Assembly: GCA_002269645.1 (NCBI GenBank)
Contig: NIVC01000035.1
Location: 496,001-560,000 of the forward strand
DNA from: Macrostomum lignano
Lineage: Eukaryota
DNA length: 64,000 nt
Direction of reading: 5' to 3'
Both the position numbers and the translations under genes were made by a program. Shown here in pieces: positions 49,000-60,889 of this stretch (its first letter is position 1; each line of letters opens with the position of its first letter). The notes under the pieces were generated by a model. That model was not told the origin of the DNA. It saw nothing but the letters and a program-made list of their open reading frames with translations, and searched no databases.

Positions 49000-51900
49000 T
49001 CAGCTGACTGGCTTGGACGCCACAGCAGCGGCCGCCGCGGGCGCCTCTCTTCGACACGGCAACACGCCGTTGTCGGACACGGCTCTCAGATAGCGCCTCT
49101 TCTGCACAGTCAGACTGGCCTGCGGCAAACTGGACAGCAGATCGTCCTCGGGCTTCGGGAATTGCGACTGCCACTGGCTGATGGACGGCATGGATGCAGC
49201 TCGGGTCAGCTGGCGAAGGTGGCCTCCGAGTTGAAGTCGTTCAATGAGTTGCATCACATCCTGACTGTTCTCGAGAATGAGTGGCCGGTCCACTGTGACA
49301 ATGTTCTCCGGGCAGATGGACAGGCGGTCCTGTCTGAGTCGATTCACAACGTGCTCCATCTCGCGCCACAGCTCCTCCTGCTCTGCAATCGGGAGGAGGA
49401 TTGTGAAAGAATGCGGTTCACAGTGAATGGTTGTGATTCACAGTGAATTTTTGCGGTTCACAGTGAATGGTTGAGATTCACAGTGAATGGTTGAGATTCA
49501 CAGTGAATTGTTGCGGTTCACATTGAATGGTTGAGATTCACAGTGAATTATTCAGATTCACAGTGAATGATCGAGATTCACAGTGAATTTTTGCAGTTCA
49601 CATTGAATGTTTGAGATTCACAGTGAATTATTGCAGTTCACAGTGAATGGTTGTGATTCACAGCTAGTGAATGGTTGAGATTCACAGTGAATTATTCAGA
49701 TTCACAGTGAATGGTCGAGATTCACAGTGAATTTTTGCGATTCAGATTCAACGATTTAAGATTTCCATCCAACAATCTATTTATAGAAGAGTGCTGAGCA
49801 CACAATGAGAGATGGTGGCTCAATGAAGGTCGACATTGGGATTTTTGAAGCTGAGCAGCTTGAGTCAGGTGCTCAGGAAATCAGGGCAGCTGCTTACACA
49901 GAGGACGGAGTGAACCCATTGTTGACAATGGGCCTAGCGGTGCGTGGTTTTGAATAGAGAGTCCTGCAGGCCAAGTCAGTGAGCTGAATCAAGCCGAAAG
50001 AGCCCTGCAGTACCCCGCTGTGCCAGAGAGAACGGAAAATAGTGAAAGCTGATTGCATGATTTCTAGCGTCAATTCCTCGCATCCAGAAGTGGCACCGAT
50101 CCCTAAAATTAAAGTGGCGCCGATCCCTGACATCTAGCAAATGGGGCCAATCCATGACACCTAGAAGTGGCGCCGATCCTTAAAGCCTAAAAAGTGGCCC
50201 CGATTCCTAAAAGTGGCGCCGATCCATGACACCTAGAAGTGGCGCCAATCCTTGACACCTAGAAGTGGCGCCGATCCTTAAAGCCTAAAAAGTGGCCCCG
50301 ATTCCTAAAAGTGGCGCCGATCCATGACACCTAGAAGTGGCGCCAATCCTTGACACCTAGAAGTGGCGCCGATCCTTAAAGCCTAAAAAGTGGCCCCGAT
50401 TCCTAAAAGTGGCGCCGATCCATGACACCTAGAAGTGGCGCCGATCCTTGACACCTAGAAGTGGCGCCAATCCTCAAAATTAAAATGGCGCCGATCCCTG
50501 ACACCTAGAAGTGGCGCCGATCCCTAAAATTAAAGTGGTGCCGATCCCTGAAACCTAAAAGTGGCGCCAATCCATGACACCTAGAAGTGGCGCCAATCCC
50601 TGACACCTAGAAGTGGCGCCGATCCCCGACACCTACAAGTGGCGCCAATCTCCAAGACCCGAATCGGCGCCATCAACCGCACTTCCTGGCATGCTCACCG
50701 GGTCCCTCAATCTCGGACTTATCCGACTCGTTCACCAACGCTTGGTAGGCGCCACCGATGGCGCCTTCGTCAGCGGCAATTTTCGAAGAGGCGTCGGCGG
50801 CGGCGGCGGCGGCGGCGGTGGCTCCGCCAACCTCCGTTGGTGAGGAGGCGCCCCGCAGCAGCAGAAATCCGGAGCGGTTCTCGCGGCTGAACAGGCGCCT
50901 CAGCGCCGGCTTCTTGCGCTGCTGACTGGCGCCAAAATTGGCCGCAGTTGAAGAAGCCGCAGCTCCGAGCCGCAGCGCCGAACCGGAAACTGAGCTCGAG
51001 AACTTCGAGTCTGCGGCATCGATTAGATGGACTTCGTCGGCTGAGACATCGGCGAACTGAATTGAGGAGTCTGCAAATGGATGGGCGTCCGTTTGTTGTG
51101 ACGGTTGTTTGTTGTGACGGTTGTTTGTTGAGATGGTTGTTTCTTGTGATGGTTGTTTGTTGAGACGGTTGTTTGTTGTGACGGTTGTTTGTTGTGACGG
51201 TTGTTTGTTGTGACGGTTGTTTGTTGTGACGGTTGTTTGTTGTGACGGTTGTTTGTTGTGACGGTTGTTTGTTGTGACGGTTGTTTGTTGTGACGGTTGT
51301 TTGTTGTGACGGTTTTTTGTTGTGACGGTTGTTTGTTGTGACGGTTGTTTGTTGTGACGGTTGTTTGTTGTGACGGTTGTTTGTTGTGACGGTTGTTTGT
51401 TGTGACGGTTGTTTGTTGTGACGGTTGTTTGTTGTGACGGTTGTTTGTTGTGACGGTTGTTTGTTGTGACGGTTGTTTGTTGTGACGGTTGTTTGTTGTG
51501 ACGGTTGTTTGTTGTGACGGTTGTTTGTTGTGACGGTTGTTTGTTGTGACGGTTGTTTGTTGTGACGGTTGTTTGTTGTGACGGTTGTTTGTTGTGACGG
51601 TTGTTTGTTGTGACGGTTGTTTGTTGTGACGGTTGTTTGTTGTGACGGTTGTTTGTTGTGACGGTTGTTTGTTGTGACGGTTGTTTGTTGTGACGGTTGT
51701 TTGTTGTGACGGTTGTTTGTTGTGACGGTTGTTTGTTGTGACGGTTGTTTGTTGTGACGGTTGTTTGTTGTGACAGTTTTTTGTTGTGACGGTTGTTTGT
51801 TGAGAAGGTTGTTTGTTGTGACGGTTGTTTGTTGACGATTGTTTGTTGACGATTGTTTGTTGACGATTGTTTGTTGACGATTGTTTGTTGACGATTGTTT

Positions 51901-54900
51901 GTTGACGATTGTTTGTTAAAATGGTTGTCATTTTCACAAATTGTTTTTAGCCTTTTATTGTGAGGAATTCCAGTTTAAAAGTTTGGTTTACTGCTCGAGT
52001 AAGTCGGGAATTCACCTGCAGATGTTATTGCTATGAGCTAATGCTGCGTCTGAGTAAATTAGCGAAAAAACTTCTTTGACAGAAAGCAGAGGAAATCTCA
52101 TCGGACGTCTAATTTTAGAAATGCAGCACAGCTCAAAATGAGAGAGTTGAGCAGAAGGACCAAGCTAACAAATATAGGTGGTCGAGCCCAAACCCAACAA
52201 TGCAAATGCGAAAATGATTTAAAGAAGACTACAACGCAGGTGCTCTCGTCTGCTGCCCAAGAAAAGAAGTCATCATGAAATATGATGTTGCTCTGCCAGT
52301 GGCGCTCCAGCTCAACCTCCGGAAGGAGAAGGGAAGGCAGGCTGTCACGAAGGGGGCGACTTAGCGCCGCGCTCTGATGTGCCAGCGGCCCAGGCTCGAT
52401 TCCAAGTGCAGTCGCATTAATTTGGGGCTCAATTGGAATCTCGGCTTGGCTCTGCTCGTGAAATTAACGGCCTTGAGGACCAACCCCCAAGGCGCAGTGA
52501 AATGTACATGCCTAACGATAAAATAAAGTTTGGGCCGCTGTACACTCCTGTGTGAGTGTGTGCCTGTGCGTATGACTGCGTACGTATTCGCGCGCTTGTG
52601 TGCCTGTTTAGGGGAGTCGGCGGAATGGGCAGCAATGCCTCTCGCCGGTTGTGTGACAATGTCGCTTAAAGTGCGCCAGGAGGCCTCTAATAAAAAAGCC
52701 TGTCACAAAGTACAAAAAGAGAGTTGCCAAGAGTTACCAAGGCCTACTGATTGCATTCACTGCATGCATTTGGACCTGGAGTACGAGTGCTAGTTACTAG
52801 GCTCAAGATGAACAATCGACTATTGATATACTTTTTAGTAATCAAGCAATTTGTTAGCTCACTTAATAAAGTCCACAATTCAATGCTATTTTTACAATTC
52901 ATTAAGTTATCTTTCGATACATATCGGCCAAAGTAGGGAAAATGTCTATCGAGAAACTCTTTCAGGGAAATTCCAGAAAGATGTACGAAAAGAGGATGCA
53001 GATGACTTTTTGACTGCTAATGATACAGTTCTATCACTAACCTATGACTAACTGGTGCAGCAGTCTTTGAAATGGAAGCTGGAATTGTAAATATCGGATC
53101 CGGATACAATTTCTTGCCAGCGTTCACGCACGATCGCTCTCTTTGTGTCTCGCATCACGTGCTTTAATTCATGAGGTCAATTGAGGGCAAAACCAAATCC
53201 ATTCTTCCAAATCTATCCACTCTAATCTATTCACCTAATTCTATTCACTCTAATCTGTTCACCAAAATCTATTCACCCAAATCTATTCACCCAAATCTAT
53301 TCACCCAAATCTATCCACCCTAATCTATTCACCTAATTCTATTCACTCTAATTCATTCTCCCTAATCTATTCACCCTAATCTATTCACCCTAATCTATTC
53401 ACCCTAATCTATTCACCCTAATCTATTAACCCTAATCTATTAACCCTAATCTATTCACCCTAATCTATTCACCCTAATCTATCCACCAAAATCTATTAAC
53501 CCTAATCCATTCACCCTCATCTATTAACCCTAATCTAGTCACCAAAATCTATTAACCCTAATCCATTCACCCTCATCTATTAACCCTAATCTAGTCACCC
53601 TAATCTATTAACCCTAATCCATTCACCCTCATCTATTAACCCTAATCTAGTCACCAAAATCTATTAACCCTAATCCATTCACCCTCATCTATTAACCCTA
53701 ATCTAGTCACCAAAATCTATTAACCCTAATCCATTCACCCTCATCTATTAACCCTAATCTAGTCACCCTAATCTATTCACCCTAATCCATTCACCCTCAT
53801 CTATTAACCCTAATCCATTCACTTTAATCTATTCACCTAAATGCATTCACCCGGCAACAACGGACTCACCCGGCTCTCCCTCGCAGTTCTCCAGCCAGAC
53901 CAGGATGTCCTCTCTCGTCAGCCGGTCCGTGCACTCCAGCTCTTCTTTTTTTCGCACCCGACGTCGAATTTTCTTCACTAATTTCTTGCCGCCGTAATAG
54001 AACGGGCTGGCGAGGCCGTAGGCCACTATGGCGGTGGCTCCAATGCCCGCGGCTATGGTGCACACTGGCACGCCGATCACTGCAGGCGGCAATTTTGGTG
54101 TTTGGGGGGGGGGGGTTTATTGAGATTTTTGTAACACTGGTTTGACCGAATTATTAGATAAATTAAGAAGAGAATAGGAGAGAGGAGATTCTGACAAGGG
54201 AGAGATGAGATTCTGAGTAGGGAGAAATGCGATTCCGAGGTAGAGGAGAGATGAGATCTGGGAGTGAGACATGAGATTCTGAGATAGAGGAGAGATCAGA
54301 TTCCGACAAGGGAGAGATGAGATTCTGAGATAAATGAGAGATAAGATTCTGACAAGGGAGAGATGAGATTCTGACAAGGGAGAGATGAAATACTGAGAAG
54401 AAAGATATGAGATTCTGAGAAGAGAGAGATAAGATTCTGAGTAGGGAGAGATGAGATTCTGAGTAGGGAGAGATAAGATTGAGTAGGGAGAGATGAGATT
54501 CCGAGATAGAGGAGAGATGAGATCTGGGAGTGAGACATGAGATTCCGAGATAGAGGAGAGATCAGATTCCGACAAGGGAGAGATGAGATTCTGAGTAGGG
54601 AGAGATAAGATTCTGAGAAGGGAGAGATAAGATTCTGAGAAGGTAGATGTGAAATTCTGAGAAAGGAAAGGTGAGACTCTGAGAATGGAGAGATGAAATT
54701 CTGAGATAGAGGAGAGATGAGATCTGGGAGTGAGACATGAGATTCTGGTATTGAGACATGAGATTCTTGGATTGAAATCTGAGATTCTGGGAGTGAGACA
54801 TGAGATTCTGGGAGTGAGACATGAGATTCTGGGATTGAGATCTGGGATTATTTGAGAGATGGAAAGATGAGATTCAGAGAGAGCAAGAGATATAGAGAGG

Positions 54901-55109
54901 CAGAGATGAGATGAGGTTCCGACAGATGAGAGAGAGATGAGAGTCGCAGAGATTTCCAAGCCAGTCAACAACAATGCCCCCCCCCCTCACTCACCAATCA
55001 TGGCGGTGCCCTTGGCAACGCCGATGGCAACTTTGCCGAAGGTCACGTGCTTGTGCCGGTGCGAAATTGAGCCCGGATAGCGTCGGCCACCAGAAAAAGT
55101 GGAGAACAT
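49000..55109 (-). CDS. Uncharacterised protein with an N-terminal hydrophobic/TM segment, 4 exons, 359 aa
   Basis: complement(join(49000..49382,50699..51070,53870..54079,54995..55109)) = 1080 nt. Three phase-1 introns have gtgag donors and gcag acceptors and the frame is open throughout: MFSTFSGG...VAIGVAKGTAMIVIGVPVCTIAAGIGATAIVAYGLASPFYYGGKKLVKKIRRR...EQEELWREMEHVVNRL...KPVS. The start codon is uncertain. Confidence 0.75.
49425..49745. repeat. 20-bp minisatellite (ttcacagtgaatggttgaga)
   Basis: Tandem units, each with a TTCAC-A-GTGAA dyad. Confidence 0.88.
50090..50660. repeat. ~26-bp GGCGCC-core minisatellite (catgacacctagaagtggcgccgatc)
   Basis: Tandem units with a recurring higher-order block. 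Confidence 0.88.
51095..51915. repeat. 16-bp minisatellite (gtgacggttgtttgtt)
   Basis: Highly homogeneous; source of the NNRHNKQPSQQ ORF. Confidence 0.95.
53210..53840. repeat. 14-bp minisatellite containing CCCTAA (accctaatctatt[ca])
   Basis: Tandem units beginning ~30 nt inside the donor at 53869. Confidence 0.9.
54170..54950. repeat. Degenerate GA-rich minisatellite (gagattctgag.. / gggagtgagacatgagattct)
   Basis: Fills the intron at 54080-54994. Confidence 0.8.
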
Positions 55110-55789
55110 TTCCGCTTCAGGTATTCTTATTGATAAGTCAGCAATGGATATTACTCGTATTTGTAACTTTATAGTCAATTCATTGCCAGTTTTTGTCCTG
55201 CTACGATTTTAGGCTTCAAGCTTCTACGAAAGCTGTTAGGAAGGCTTGGCTGTGGCTTCTCGGTCCTGCTAGAAAAAAAGATCTATTTTTATAACCTGCT
55301 GCCCCAATCGCTTGAATGGGCTCTGGGTCTCGCCCCCAGCCTCCGCCATCCGGTGAAGGGTGAACACCGTTGCTGCCCCGGGCAGAGGACCTAGAGAGGA
55401 TCCCACGAGATCCAATAGGGAAGTCTCTGATGAGGCAGGGGGCAGAGGTGCCGCGCGCGCGTGTGTAGATTATGGAAAGCAGAGATGAAGGCGGGCAGCT
55501 GAGGAGGCTGTTGTTGGCAGGGCAATCTGGCGAGTGCCAAAGCCTTTCTCTCCGTCTCCCTTTCTGTTTGGCAATAAACATAGTGCCGGACTCATAATGC
55601 TTGGTGCATATTTTTAGAAAGTTAACATAGCAAATTCGCAGCTCAACATTGCCTTTCCCTATGCATGAATTATGAATAGAAGCTGGTTCAAAAAAGAATT
55701 TTTTTCAACGGAATTATTGCAAAAGTTCAACCGTTGCATTGTCGACGGCTGTTGAATTGTCTCAGCTTCAATGCTTCTGACCCCACTAT

Positions 55790-56410
55790 GATGCACTCTG
55801 ACCAACCCACACCAATCTAAAATCCACTCTGACCAACCCACACCAATCTACAATCCACTCTGACCAACCCACACCAATCTAAAATCCACTCTGACCAACC
55901 CACACCAATCTACAATCCACTCTGACCAACCCACACCAATCTACAATCCACTCTGACCAACCCACACCAATCTAAAATCCACTCTGACCAACCCACACCA
56001 ATCTACAATCCACTCTGATCAACCCACACCAATCCACAATCCACTCTGACCAACCCACACCAATCCACAATCCACTCTGACCAACCCACACCAATCTACA
56101 ATCCACTCTGACCAACCCACACCAATCCACAATCCACTCTGACCAACCCACACCAATCCACAATCAACTCTGACCAACCCACACTAATCCACAGTCCACT
56201 CTGACCAACCCACACCAATCCACAGTCCATCCTGACTAATCCACACCAATCCACAGTCCATCCTGACCAACCCACACCAATCTACAATCCACTCTGACCA
56301 ACCCACACCAATCTACAATCCACTCTGACCAACCCACACCAATCCACAATCCACCCTAACCAACCCACACCAATCAACAATCCACCCTAACCAACCCACA
56401 CCAATCCATA
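55790..56410. repeat. 31-bp minisatellite (ccactctgaccaacccacaccaatctacaat)
   Basis: Tandem units visible. Confidence 0.92.
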
Positions 56411-56717
56411 GCCCACTCCGTCCAAACCATTCTTCTGTAATATTTACGATTCTATAAAAACTGACAAAAACATTTTCTCTTTTAGTCTAAAAACACATGC
56501 AAAGCCCTTAATTTCTACTTATAGTTGCTTTACTAAGTAGTATTCTAAAAACATAAGGACCTATATTGTGAAATTGGATTTTTTAAAAATTGATAAGCAA
56601 AGAAAATTTGTCATCAAAGACGCAGAAATGCAGACTGCAAGTAGTAGTGCGCGAACTTATTACGGATATACTTGAATTCATGCTACACTTAGACTCAAAA
56701 AACTCACTACAAATAAT

Positions 56718-59700
56718 TCACTGCTCACTGATTCTCATCTCGTTGGAAGTTTGCTCATTCAGCGAACTTTTAATTGTCTCAGACTTTGATCCCGCTACCG
56801 CCGTGGCCGCCGCCCCAGCCGATTTTGTAGCGCGTCCCAACGCACCGCTGCCGTTGTTGCGAATTTTGCTGCTACTAAAAGAAATTTCTGAACGAACTTG
56901 ACGCTTCGAATTGGAAGTTGTCGAACGAGTTGGAGTACCGCTGTCTGTTGTGGTGGTGGCTGACCTCAGTGCAGTGGCTGGTCTCAGAGCAGTTCCTGCC
57001 GTCGGAGCGGAGCTGGATATTCGCATTGGGGCCGATGAGGTCGCCGTGTCGGTGCGGAAGCTGGCTGTGCTGGAGCAGGCCGCCACTGTGCGATTCTCTG
57101 AGTTGAGTGTCAGCTGCGGGGGTTGGTCAGGGGGGTCGAGCAATGGTCCCCTAGTTGGTTCCTATCTGCACAGCTACCTAGATTTTAATGCGCATCAAGA
57201 TCCCTATCCCAGATCCCTATCACAGATCCCTATCCCAGATCCCTATCCCAGATCCCTATCCCAGATCCCTATCCCAGATCCCTATCCCAGATCCCTATCC
57301 CAGATCCCTATCCCAGATCCCTATCCCAGATCCCTATCCCAGATCCCTATCCCAGATCCCTATCCCAGATCCCTATCCCAGATCCCTATCCCAGATCCCT
57401 ATCCCAGATCCCTATCCCAGATCCCTATCCCAGATCCCTATCCCAGATCCCTATCCCAGATCCCTATCCCAGATCCCTATCCCAGATCCCTATCCCAGAT
57501 CCCTATCCCAGATCCCTATCCCAGATCCCTATCCCAGATCCCTATCCCAGATCCCTATCCCAGATCCCTATCCCAGATCCCTATCCCAGATCCCTATCCC
57601 AGATCCCTATCCCAGATCCCTATCCCAGATCCCTATCCCAGATCCCTATCCCAGATCCCTATCCCAGATCCCTATCACAGATCCCTATCCCAGATCCCTA
57701 TCCCAGATCCCTATCCCAGATCCCTATCCCAGATCCCTATCCCAGATCCCTATCCCAGATCCCTATCCCAGATCCCTATCCCAGATCCCTATCCCAGATC
57801 CCTATCCCAGATCCCTATCCCAGATCCCTATCCCAGATCCCTATCCCAGATCCCTACCCCAGATCCCTATCCCAGATCCCTATCCCAGATCCCTATCCCA
57901 GATCCCTATCCCAGATCCCTATCCCAGATCCCTATCACAGATCCCTATCCCGGATTCCTATCCCTCACCGTGACCACCAGCGTTTGTCCCCGTTGAGGCT
58001 CAGATCGACTTTCACCCGTCAGGGTGGTCTCTTCAATCAACTCGCCAATGTCCTTCTCGCCGTCGTTCCCCTTGCTGTCGTCAAAGTCGTCGCTTCGAGT
58101 GTTGTTACGCCGGCGAGATTTTGTAGCCGCAGTGGCGGTTGCGGCCAGAGCAGCGGCGGCCGCTAGCGAGCTGCGGAGTTTCTGCAGTTCGGCCTGAATG
58201 GGCAGCCACGCCATGCCGGCTTTGGTCGCGTTTCCGCTGGCAGGGACGCCCCCGACAGAGCGACTGCGTGGACGGCGACGAGAGCTCGAGGCTGGCGAGT
58301 CGGTCGAGTTCGACTGGTTGTTGAGCTTCCTTGGGGGCGGTCGCGATTTGTTGTTCCTGTTTTCTCTCTTTTTGGTGGTATCTTCCGTGCGCTGAGGAAA
58401 TGAGGAGACAGGTGGTTGCTAGGGCGTCTTAGATGAGGCTTGACTAGCTGCCATGGTGACATAATTAAATGATTGCTAAGGTCATAAATATTAAAAGAAA
58501 CAGTTGTTATGGTTGTTAAGGAATTCATATCGATTTCGATGGTTGCTAAGGAGCTTGGATCAAGCGGGGATGGTTGCTAAGGAGCTTTGATCAATATGAG
58601 ATGGTTGCTATGGGACTTTGATCAATCTCGGATGGTTGCTAAGGAGCTTGGATCAAGCGGGGATGGTTGCTAAAGCGCTTGGATCGATCTCGGATGGTTG
58701 CTAAGGAGCTTGGATTAAGCGGGGATGGTTGCTATAGAGCTTGGACAAGCAGGGGTGGTTGCTAAGGAGCTTGGACAAGCAGGGGTGGTTGCTAAGGAGC
58801 TTGGACAAGCAGGGGTGGTTGCTAAGGAGCTTGAATCAAGCGGGGGTGGTTGCTAAAGAGTTTGGATCAATCTCGGATGGTTGCTAAGGAGCTTGGATCA
58901 AGCGAGGATGGTTTCTAAAGAGCTTGGACAAGCAGGGGTGGTTGCTAAGGAGCTTGAATCAAGCGGGGGTGGTTGCTAAAGAGTTTGGATCAATCTTGGA
59001 TGGTTGCTAAGGAGCTTGGATCAAGCGGGGATGGTTTCTAAAGAGCTTGGATCAAGCGGGGGTGGTTTCTAAAGAGCTTGAATCAAGCGGGGGTGGTTGC
59101 TAAAGAGCTTGGATCAATCTTGGATGGTTGCTAACGAGCTTGGATCAAGCGGGGATGGTTGCTAAGGAGCTTGGATCAAGCTGGAGGGTTGCTAAGGAGC
59201 TTGGATCAAGCGGGGATAGTTGCTAAGGAGCTTGGATCAAGCGGGGATGGTTGCTAAGGAGCTTGGATCAAGCTGGAGGGTTGCTAAGGAGCTTGGATCA
59301 AGCGGGGATAGTTGCTAAGGAGCTTGGATCAAGCGGGGATGGTTGCTAAGGAGCTATAGGATATAGCAACGGGTTTCACTGTAATATTAACTACAGTCAG
59401 TTCAAGTAGATAGAAATCAATTCCAACCCGGAAATCTCACCGCGTCCAAATCCTTGAGAATGTCTTCAAAGTCCTCCTGGTTTCTGACCGCTCTCCCGTC
59501 TCGCCTGTCGCCGTCTAGTTCCAAGTGGCCGAAGCCCGGCCTCCCGGCGCCGGCAAACTTCGCCTTTCCGGCGCCGCCTCGGGCGCTTCTGTCCGATTCC
59601 TTGACTGCGCCACTCTTACCGTCCTTGGCGCCCGCCTCCTGGTCTTCTATCCCATCGACTCCGTCACAGAGAATCTTCCAGACCTCCCGGTGGTACCGGC

Positions 59701-59842
59701 GCTTGCACTCGTTGATTCGAGCCTGCAGCGGACCGACATCGATGCCCATGTCGACGGGGAACAGGTCGCAGGCTTGGCAGAAATCCATGCGACACAATCT
59801 GTTCATGTCGGGCAGTTCAGGCGGAGGACAGTTAAAGTTCAT
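56718..59842 (-). CDS. Uncharacterised, largely low-complexity protein, 3 exons, 406 aa
   Basis: complement(join(56718..57113,57969..58391,59441..59842)) = 1221 nt, two phase-0 GT-AG introns, open frame: MNFNCPPPELPDMNRLCRMDFCQAC...ILKDLDA|RTEDTTKK...GQTLVVT|LTLNSENR...EQ. The 3' end is uncertain because there is an alternative donor at 56729. Confidence 0.65.
57195..57960. repeat. 13-bp minisatellite (atcccagatccct)
   Basis: Nearly perfect array filling the intron at 57114-57968. Confidence 0.97.
58540..59355. repeat. 31-bp minisatellite (gatggttgctaaggagcttggatcaagcggg)
   Basis: Fills the intron at 58392-59440. Confidence 0.92.
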
Positions 59843-60369
59843 CGTGTACCGTAGTTTTCTTTAAAGGCGTGTTGACACCGAGGGATTGAAACGCACGAGC
59901 CTCGAGCACACGGAAGAAGGAAGGTCAATGAAGAAGAGTGCTCGTCTGCCGAGGTCTATGGTCAAAACTCAGCAAGCGTTTCTGGTTGCTAAATCCTACT
60001 GGCTGAAGAACATAGTGTAAAAATATAAACGCTTTTATGAATCCGAATGAATGAATGTGTAATAATTATTATAATATATTATAACTGATTAATGTTTGAT
60101 AATTGAGAGATAATAATTTATTACACCCGCCCTACTAATGACCAGATGTCAAACCGACAGCTCAGCCGCAGCTATTGCGCAGCGGGCATCTGAAGGCTGC
60201 GTACGGTTGTTCAGTCCAAGGACTGGGGGGAGGGGGGTCGCCATACGCACCTCAATTACCCCAGATAATGTGTTTACCTCTGAGCTGCACTGCCTCTTAT
60301 GTCGGTTAAAATAACAACTCTCTCAGGGTGAGAGAGAGTCCACATGCTGAAAATGATGCCGTCTGCGCA

Positions 60370-60653
60370 CATCGGCTGTACTGACATGACAGTTGAAAAT
60401 ATTTGCGGTATTTTTAGAAAGGGAACTTCGAAGCTCCAATTAGCGCCATTAATTTTGGGGCCTTCTTTATCGAACTGAATCTGTTATTGTGGTACCTGAT
60501 TCAGTGTTTACGAGTACCGAGCATCGGCTGTACTGACATGACAGTTGAAAATATTTGCGGTATTTTTAGAAAGGGAACTTCGAACCTCCAACTAGCGCCA
60601 TCATTTTTAGTGCCTTCTTTATCAAACCGAATCTGTTATTGTGGTACCTGATT
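60370..60653 (+). repeat. Two direct copies of a 132-bp segment (60370-60501 and 60522-60653)
   Basis: catcggctgtactgacatgacagttgaaaatatttgcgg...gtggtacctgatt occurs twice with a few substitutions in the 3' half. Confidence 0.9.
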
Positions 60654-60889
60654 TATAGTGTTCGCTTCTTTTGACACTATAAATACAGGTAGGACCGACG
60701 GCCGCTTCCATTGTCGCATCAGCACATCGGAAGAGATTCGCTCGTATCTTGGATTGGTTTCTTTCAGACAAAATTGTTAATTGTTGAAAATTGTTACAGG
60801 TAAATCACCTGCTTCTGCACGCAGCAAGCTCTTAATTGGTTAAATAATTATTGGTAAACTGCTTGCACATTGTAGGCAAATATTTCGCT

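Noticed and set aside
49894-50133. 79-aa ORF as an additional exon of the 359-aa gene
   Set aside because: Its gtaag donor gives either a phase mismatch or an in-frame TAG with the next exon, whereas 50699 splices cleanly to 49382.
52350-52410. tRNA/SINE-like B box (ggctcgattcc)
   Set aside because: No proper A box or cloverleaf stems could be built.
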